From Actinomycetota bacterium (GTDB taxonomy: Bacteria > Actinomycetota > Acidimicrobiia > Spongiisociales > UBA11373), in assembly GCA_020444505.1 (NCBI GenBank), contig JAHLKU010000003.1:21824-85823 (forward strand): a stretch of 64,000 nucleotides of DNA, in the 5' to 3' direction. The number at the start of each line of letters is the position of its first letter. Position 1 is the first letter of the stretch. The position numbers were made by a program, and so were the translations under genes. The notes below the pieces were generated by a model. That model worked only from the letters and a program-made list of their open reading frames with translations. It was not told where the DNA came from and did not search any database. Positions 58,181-64,000 of this stretch are shown here, one piece after another.

Positions 58181-61100
58181 TCAGCGGGTGGTGAGCCCCT
58201 TGTAGGACTCGACGAACCCGGCGTCGAGCAAGGCCCTGCCCAGCGGGGTCTCGCGGGCGGGCGCCCCGTCGATGGCGGCGATGGTGTGCCGCCGGCCCCT
58301 CGCCCCGCCGCGTTGCAGGGCCGCCGCCAGCGCGGCGGCCACCGGTTCCGGCGAGGCGCCGTCGAACGTGGCCACGCGCCGCCCTCCCCGCTCCACGAAC
58401 GCGGCGAGGCGCCCGCCGTCGAGCACCACCAGCGCCCCGGCGGTGCGCGACGGACGCGCCCGGTCGCGCTCGGGCCACGGCAGCGCCGCGCCGTACGGGT
58501 TTGCGGGGTCGGTGGCGCCGAGCACCACGGCGGGGCCCGGGTCGGCGGGAGCCCGCAGCCGCTCTACCGCCCCGGCGAGGGCGAACTGCGAGCCGCCGAG
58601 GCCCTCGACGAAGTAGCCGCGGCGGACCCGCCCCGCCTCCTCCATGGCGCCGAACACCGGGTAGAGGCCGGCGAACCCGCCGGGGATCGCCTCGGAGAGC
58701 ACCGCATCGCGGACCACGATGCCGTGGCGCTCCAGCAACTGCTCGGCACGGGCTGCGGCGGCGGCGGTGGGGTCGGCGCGGCCCGGCAGGCCCTCTACGA
58801 GCCCCCAGCGGCCGCTGGCGGCGGGAGGCGCCGACGAGGAGGGCAGCGCCGGCCGCCCCGCCGTGCGGCGGTTGCGGCCCGTCAGGCGGGCGCGCAGCGG
58901 AGCGAGGGTGTCGTTGGTGACCTCGCCCGCCCACACCAGGTCCCACAGGGCATCGACGACGGCGTCGGGGTCGCCGCCGCCGGCCGCCTCGTACAGGTCG
59001 CCGAAGAACGATGCGCCCCGCCGCTCGAGGTGGGTGCGGAGGGCGTCGTGGAGCGGCCCGTCCGGCCGGTCCACGTCGAGCGGCCACGCCAGGGTGGCGG
59101 CATGGTCACGCAGGTACAGGGCCACCCGCCCGTCCCCGGCGCCCAGCGGGCCCCTGCCCACCCACACCACCTCGCCTGCTGCGGCGAGGGCGTCGAGCAT
59201 CGCCGGGGCGTAGTCGAGGCGGGCCGCCAGGGCCGACGACTCCAGCGTCGAAGCGGGCAGCGCCGCCCCCTGCAGGCGGCGGACGGCCCGCAGCAGGTCG
59301 TCGGTGGAGCCTCCGCCGTCGCCGATGCCGTGCCAGGAGACGCCGAAGCGGGCGAACGCCGCCGGGTCGGCCGGCTCCACCTCGCTCCGCAGCCGGGCCA
59401 GCGAACGGCGCCGCAGCCGCCGCAACACCCCGGCGTCCACCCACTCCCGGCCCGCCCCTCCCGGGCGGAAGGCGCCCCGGGAGACCCGCCCGGCGCGCTC
59501 CAGCGAGCTCAGGGCGCCGTCCACGACGGCGGGCGGGAGGCCGAGGGACGCGGCCGCCTCCCCGGCGGTGAACGGAGTGTGGGTACGGGCGAAGCGTCCC
59601 ACCACGTCGCCGAGCGGGTCGGCGGGGGAGTCCAGGAACGCATCGGGGACGCCCCGGGGAGGCGGGATGCCCAGGGCGTCGCGCAGCCGCCCGGCGTCCT
59701 CGACGGCGGCCCAGCGGAGTCCGTCACCGGCCCCGATCCGCATCACGCGGTGGCCCTGCTCCAGGGCCTCCAGTGCTTCGTCGAGCGCGCTCGGGTCGTC
59801 GGTGCGGGCGGCGAGGCCGGGGCGGTCGAGGGGGCCCAGGTCGCGGAGCAGGTCGTGGAGGCCGTCTACGCCGCGCGCGGCTCGCTCCGGTGCCAGGTGT
59901 TGCAGTTCGAGCTCTACCTCGGCGATGACGTCGGGCGACAGCAGCTCGCGCAGCTCGGGCTCGCCCAGCAGGTCCCGCAGCAGATCGCGGTCGATGGTGA
60001 GCGCCATGGCCCTCCGCTCGGCCGGAGGGGCGTCGTACTCGTACATGAACGAGGCGATGAAGTCGAAGGTGAGCGACGACGCGAACGGGCTGGAGGCCGG
60101 CAGGTCGACGGTGGTGAGCCGGATGCGGCGGGCGGAGATGTCGCCCAGCACCTCCCGCAGCGCGGGCAGGTCGAAGTGCTCCTGGAGCACCTCCCGGTAG
60201 GCCTCCAGCACGATGGGGAAGCCGGGATGGCGGCGGGCCACTTCCAGCAGCCCGGCCGCCTTGCGGCGCTGCAGCCACAGCGGGGTGCGCCGCCCCGGGC
60301 GCCGGCGGGGCAGCAGCAGGGAGCGGCCGGCCGCCTCCCGGAAGCGCGAGGCGAACAGGGCGGTGGCGCCCACTTCATCGACCACGAGGGGCTCCACCTC
60401 GTCGGGCTCGAGGGCGAGCACCTGCGGCGGCGGGGTCTCGTCGGCGTCGGGGAAGCGGAGGATGATGCCGTCGTCCGACCAGACCGCATCGGCCTCCATG
60501 CCGTGCTCGTCGCGGATGCGGCGGGCCGCCGCCATCGCCCACGGGGCGTGGACCCTGGCGCCGAACGGCGAGAGCAGCACCATTCGCCAGTCGCCGATCT
60601 CGTCGCGGAACCGCTCGACGACGACGGTGCGGTCGGTGGGCAGCGCCCCGGTGGCCTGCCGCTCGTCCTCCAGGTACTGGACCAGGTTGGCGGCGGCCCG
60701 CCGCTCGAGGCGGTACACCGTCTCGAGGCGCTCCCGGGCGTCGGCGGGGGGGAGCGCCCCGATCTCCCGGATGAACGCCCCCAGGGCGCGGCCGGTCTCC
60801 AGCGGGCGCCCCAGCCGGTCGCCGTGCCAGAAGGGCATGCGGGCGGCGGGCCGGCCCGGCGCCGGCGTGACGATGACCCGGTCGTGGCCGATCTCGTCGA
60901 TGCGCCAGGTGGTGGACCCGAGCACGAACACGTCGCCGACCCGGCTCTCGTACACCATCTCCTCGTCGAGTTCGCCCACGCGGCCACCCTCGGGGAGGGT
61001 GACGGTGAACAGGCCGCGGTCGGGGATGGTGCCCGGGTTGGTGACGGCGAGCAGCCGGGCGTTGGGCCGGGCCGACAGGGTGCCCGCCACCCGGTCCCAC

Positions 61101-62560
61101 ACCAGGCGGGGGCGCAACTCGGCGAACTCGTCGGACGGGTAGCGCCCGGAGAGCATGTCGAGCACCGCCTCGAAGGGGCCGCGGCCCAGGTCGGCGTAGT
61201 TGGCGGCCCGCCGCACCATGTCGTAGAGGGCATCCACCTCCCAGTCGTCCTGGCTGACGGCGGCGACCACCTGCTGGGCGAGCACGTCGAGCGGGTTGGC
61301 CGGGATGCGGGTGGCCTCGACCAACCCGTCCTGCATCCGGTCCACCACCAGCGCGGCCTCCAGCAGGTCGCCGCGGTGCTTGGGGAACACCTTCGCCTTG
61401 CTGGGGGCGCCCACCTGGTGCCCCGCCCTGCCCACCCGCTGCAGCCCGCGGGCAACCGAGGTGGGCGACTCCACCAGCACCACCAGGTCGACGGCCTCCA
61501 TGTCCACCCCGAGCTCCAGCGACGAGGTGGCGACCACGCAGCGGAGGTCGCCGCGCTTGAGATCGTCCTCGATGGCCACCCGCTGCTCCCGGCTCACCGA
61601 GCCGTGGTGTGCCTTGGCGACCTCCTCGCCGGCGAGGGCGTTCAGCTCGGCGGCGATGCGCTCCACCAGGCTCCTGCTGTTGGAGAAGACGATCGTGGAG
61701 CGGTGCGCCATCACCTGCTCCAGCAGTTCGGGGTACATCGCCGGCCAGATCGACCGCCTCGGTGGTTCGTCGCCGTCGGCGGGAGCGCCGACGTCGGGGC
61801 GGGTGAGGTCCTCCACCGGCACCACCACCTCGACATCGAGGGCCTTGTCGCGCGGGGCGTCCACCACCGTCACCGGCCGCGGGCTCCGGGTGCCGCCGGC
61901 CACCTCGGCGCCGCCGAGGAACCGGGCGATCTCGTCCAGCGGCCGCTGGGTGGCCGACAGGCCGATCCGCTGCGGCGGGGCGGCGGCGACCTCCTCGAGA
62001 CGCTCCAGGCTGAGCGCCAGGTGGGCGCCCCGCTTGGTCCCCGCCACCGAGTGGATCTCGTCCACCACCACCCACCGGACCGGGGCGAGGATCTCCCGGG
62101 CGGCGCTGGTGAGGATCAGGTAGAGGCTCTCGGGGGTGGTGATGAGCACGTCCGGTGGATGGCGCTGCATGCGCCTGCGGTCGGCGGCGGGGGTGTCGCC
62201 GGTCCGCATCGCGGTCGCAGGCGCGGCCACCTCGACGCCGGCCGCCGCCGCGGCGTTGGCGATGCCGGTGAGCGGCGCCCGCAGGTTGCGCTCGATGTCG
62301 TAGGCCAGCGCCTTCAGCGGAGAGACGTACAGCAATCGCAGCCGCTGCCGTTCTGGTGGGGCCGGCTCGGAGAACAGGCGGTCGAGGCCCCACAGGAAGG
62401 CGGCGAGGGTCTTGCCGGAGCCGGTGGGGGCGTGGATGAGTGTGTGGCCGCCGGCGCCGATGGCCGCCCACCCCTGTTCCTGCGCCGGCGTCGGGGCGGC
62501 GAACGCCGAGGCGAACCACGCCCGCGTGGGGGCGGCGAACAGGTCGAGGGAGCCGGCCAT
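58181..62560 (-). CDS. lhr: ATP-dependent DNA helicase Lhr (long form: Lhr-Core + C-terminal extension)
   Basis: N-terminus FAAPTRAWFASAFAAPTPAQEQGW, motif I HAPTGSGKTLAA, DExH VVVDEIHS, plus the long C-terminal domain typical of actinobacterial Lhr. Start placed at ATG 62560. The upstream 268 codons of the track ORF are Arg/Pro/His low-complexity and rejected. Confidence 0.85.
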   Translation of the reverse strand: MAGSLDLFAAPTRAWFASAFAAPTPAQEQGWAAIGAGGHTLIHAPTGSGKTLAAFLWGLDRLFSEPAPPERQRLRLLYVSPLKALAYDIERNLRAPLTGIANAAAAAGVEVAAPATAMRTGDTPAADRRRMQRHPPDVLITTPESLYLILTSAAREILAPVRWVVVDEIHSVAGTKRGAHLALSLERLEEVAAAPPQRIGLSATQRPLDEIARFLGGAEVAGGTRSPRPVTVVDAPRDKALDVEVVVPVEDLTRPDVGAPADGDEPPRRSIWPAMYPELLEQVMAHRSTIVFSNSRSLVERIAAELNALAGEEVAKAHHGSVSREQRVAIEDDLKRGDLRCVVATSSLELGVDMEAVDLVVLVESPTSVARGLQRVGRAGHQVGAPSKAKVFPKHRGDLLEAALVVDRMQDGLVEATRIPANPLDVLAQQVVAAVSQDDWEVDALYDMVRRAANYADLGRGPFEAVLDMLSGRYPSDEFAELRPRLVWDRVAGTLSARPNARLLAVTNPGTIPDRGLFTVTLPEGGRVGELDEEMVYESRVGDVFVLGSTTWRIDEIGHDRVIVTPAPGRPAARMPFWHGDRLGRPLETGRALGAFIREIGALPPADARERLETVYRLERRAAANLVQYLEDERQATGALPTDRTVVVERFRDEIGDWRMVLLSPFGARVHAPWAMAAARRIRDEHGMEADAVWSDDGIILRFPDADETPPPQVLALEPDEVEPLVVDEVGATALFASRFREAAGRSLLLPRRRPGRRTPLWLQRRKAAGLLEVARRHPGFPIVLEAYREVLQEHFDLPALREVLGDISARRIRLTTVDLPASSPFASSLTFDFIASFMYEYDAPPAERRAMALTIDRDLLRDLLGEPELRELLSPDVIAEVELELQHLAPERAARGVDGLHDLLRDLGPLDRPGLAARTDDPSALDEALEALEQGHRVMRIGAGDGLRWAAVEDAGRLRDALGIPPPRGVPDAFLDSPADPLGDVVGRFARTHTPFTAGEAAASLGLPPAVVDGALSSLERAGRVSRGAFRPGGAGREWVDAGVLRRLRRRSLARLRSEVEPADPAAFARFGVSWHGIGDGGGSTDDLLRAVRRLQGAALPASTLESSALAARLDYAPAMLDALAAAGEVVWVGRGPLGAGDGRVALYLRDHAATLAWPLDVDRPDGPLHDALRTHLERRGASFFGDLYEAAGGGDPDAVVDALWDLVWAGEVTNDTLAPLRARLTGRNRRTAGRPALPSSSAPPAASGRWGLVEGLPGRADPTAAAAARAEQLLERHGIVVRDAVLSEAIPGGFAGLYPVFGAMEEAGRVRRGYFVEGLGGSQFALAGAVERLRAPADPGPAVVLGATDPANPYGAALPWPERDRARPSRTAGALVVLDGGRLAAFVERGGRRVATFDGASPEPVAAALAAALQRGGARGRRHTIAAIDGAPARETPLGRALLDAGFVESYKGLTTR

Positions 62561-62644
62561 GGCGGCAGCGTACCGGGGACCGCCGACACGGCGTCGGCAG
62601 CGACGGCGCCCGCCGGATGCCATCATGAGGGAGTGAGGAAGCCG

Positions 62645-63109
62645 TTGCTCGCCGTCGGGATGGCGGTCGTGATCTGGGTGGTGTTCCTGCCCGGCATGCT
62701 GGTGAACAACCGCACCGGATCGTGGACGCCGCCCTGGCGGCCGTGGTTCCTGGTGGTGCTGGGCGCGGCGACGCTCGCGGTGGGGTGCTGGCTGATCTGG
62801 CGGGCGGCCGTGCAGTTGCAGGACGCAGGGATCTCGCCGTTCGCGGCGCACCCCGGGCCGGTCCTGCTCACCGACGGCCTGTACGCCCGGGTCCGGAACC
62901 CCATGGACCTGGGCACCACCCTGACGGCGCTGGCGCCGGCCGTGGCCGTCGACCTCTCGGTGGTGTGGATCGTGCCGTTCGCCGCCTTCGTCTACTACGC
63001 CATGGGCCGCGGCCCGCTGGAGCACTCCTATCTGCACGAGGCGTTCGGCGAGCAGTGGGAGGACTACCGGGCGGCCGTGCCGTTGTGGACGCCGCTCTGG
63101 ACCAGGTGA
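62645..63109 (+). CDS. isoprenylcysteine carboxyl methyltransferase (ICMT)/phospholipid methyltransferase family membrane protein
   Basis: Multi-TM protein with the ICMT family C-terminal motif (GLYARVRNPMDLG ... EHSYLHEAFGEQWEDY). The start is ambiguous (TTG 62645, ATG 62660 or GTG 62633). It lies in the frame of the tail of a spurious 1607-aa antisense track ORF. Confidence 0.6.
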   Translation: MLAVGMAVVIWVVFLPGMLVNNRTGSWTPPWRPWFLVVLGAATLAVGCWLIWRAAVQLQDAGISPFAAHPGPVLLTDGLYARVRNPMDLGTTLTALAPAVAVDLSVVWIVPFAAFVYYAMGRGPLEHSYLHEAFGEQWEDYRAAVPLWTPLWTR

Positions 63110-64000
63110 GCGGGCGCACTGCCGGCGGCACGGACGTGTCGGTGGTGATCGCCACCTACGACCGTCCCGACACCCTGGCCGTCGCCCTCGACTCGGTGCT
63201 CCGCCAGACGGCCGGGCCGCGGGAGGTGGTGGTAGTCGGGGACGGGTGCGACGACCGGACCGCCGAGGTCGTGGCCGGGACGGGTGGGCCGGTTCGCTAC
63301 CTCGACCTCCCGTTCCGCTGCGGTGAGCAGGCCATCCCCAACGCGGCGGGGTCGGCCATCGCACGGGGGGAGGTCATCGCCTACCTGAATCACGACGACG
63401 TGTGGCTCCCCGATCACCTCGAGCACTCGCTCGCCGCCATGCACGGCTCGGGAGCGGCCTGGCATCTCGGCGCGGCGCTGTTCGCGTTGCGCAAGGAGGG
63501 ATCGGCGGTGCCCCGATTCACCGATCGCACGCCGGAAGGCCGGTCGATCGGCGAGGCCTTCCACCGCACCCACCGCTATCTGGAGCCGGTCAGCACCTGG
63601 CTGGTGAGCAGGGCGGCGCTCGCCGGCGTCGGGTGGTGGCGCCCCGCTCGCCGGTTGTACCGGACGCCCACGCAGGACCTGGCACTCCGGCTGTGGCGAT
63701 CGGCGGGTGCGCCCTCGCTCTCCGACCGGCCGACCGTGTTGAAGGCGGCGGGGGGAGGCACGCGCCCGGCGAAGGGCAGTGGTGGGGCGATCCCCTCGTA
63801 TCGCCAGCCCTCGGCGTGGCATGCCGACATCGCCGCTGCGATGCGGTCCGGATCGCTCCGCGCTGCGTTCCCACCCCTCGACGGCGCCCGCCTCGATCGG
63901 GGCTCGCATGTCGCTGCCGACCCGGGCGGGCCGCCGCGATGGATGCGCCCGGTGGCCGAACGGTTGATCGGGCGGCGCGCAGCCGGGCTGTACCGGCGCA
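63106..64000 (+). CDS. family-2 glycosyltransferase, partial (runs off the 3' end of the window)
   Basis: GTG overlaps the ICMT stop (GTGA). N-terminal GT-A motif VSVVIATYDRPDTLAVALDSVLRQT ... VVVGDGCDD. The frame has no stop to position 64000. It is absent from the ORF track because it is incomplete. Confidence 0.6.
   Translation, partial: MSGRTAGGTDVSVVIATYDRPDTLAVALDSVLRQTAGPREVVVVGDGCDDRTAEVVAGTGGPVRYLDLPFRCGEQAIPNAAGSAIARGEVIAYLNHDDVWLPDHLEHSLAAMHGSGAAWHLGAALFALRKEGSAVPRFTDRTPEGRSIGEAFHRTHRYLEPVSTWLVSRAALAGVGWWRPARRLYRTPTQDLALRLWRSAGAPSLSDRPTVLKAAGGGTRPAKGSGGAIPSYRQPSAWHADIAAAMRSGSLRAAFPPLDGARLDRGSHVAADPGGPPRWMRPVAERLIGRRAAGLYRR

Noticed and set aside
58286-62632. First ~1450 codons of the 1607-aa plus-strand ORF antisense to lhr
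   Set aside because: Antisense to the strongly conserved Lhr helicase. Only the C-terminal ICMT-like segment (from ~62645) shows membrane-protein character and start signals.

Overview
This is a high-GC (~70%) window that looks actinobacterial and is densely coding. Adjacent genes repeatedly overlap by four bases (ATGA/GTGA), which suggests translational coupling. No tRNA or rRNA genes, CRISPR arrays, IS elements or integrases were seen. Many long ORFs in the six-frame track are antisense or out-of-frame artefacts of the high GC content.

The most notable content is a selenoprotein reductase cluster at about 5.3–9.9 kb. It encodes a GrdE-like proprotein, a GrdB-like selenoprotein B, a GrdC-like subunit and a GrdA-like selenoprotein A. 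Both grdB and grdA contain an in-frame UGA codon (7700-7702 and 9574-9576) flanked by the conserved Sec motifs. For this reason the ORF track splits each gene in two. A SECIS-like hairpin lies 11 nt after the grdB UGA.

The grd genes are fused head-to-tail with a catabolic operon encoding an aldehyde dehydrogenase, a Zn-alcohol dehydrogenase, an FGGY kinase, a DhnA-type aldolase, a flavin reductase, a VOC protein and a FadR-type GntR regulator. A BMP-family ABC importer follows. FadR-type operator palindromes (TGGTCnGACCA) lie upstream of grdE and upstream of the alcohol dehydrogenase gene.

On the opposite strand at 21.6–24.7 kb is a 2-hydroxyacyl-CoA dehydratase operon (two dehydratase subunits plus an ATP-dependent activator). 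Together with the reductase cluster this points to Stickland-like anaerobic amino-acid fermentation in a high-GC lineage.

The remainder is largely housekeeping and accessory genes. They include:
- an ABC-2 exporter;
- a DEAD-box helicase;
- an ANT(6)-like nucleotidyltransferase;
- a cN-II-type 5'-nucleotidase;
- an ArsR regulator with a large N-terminal domain;
- MscS, a PLP decarboxylase and methyltransferases;
- a YtrA-like GntR regulator with a striking AT-rich 13-bp inverted-repeat operator over its own start codon;
- a sigma-70 factor;
- ribokinase and a nucleoside hydrolase;
- SixA, YhhN, SerC and an AspC-like aminotransferase;
- AroQ, a lipoate ligase, MurT/GatD, a NUDIX hydrolase and a haloalkane dehalogenase;
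- USP, NERD-like and DUF4032 proteins;
- a second, long ALDH-family protein;
- a long-form Lhr helicase;
- an ICMT-family methyltransferase and a partial GT2 glycosyltransferase.
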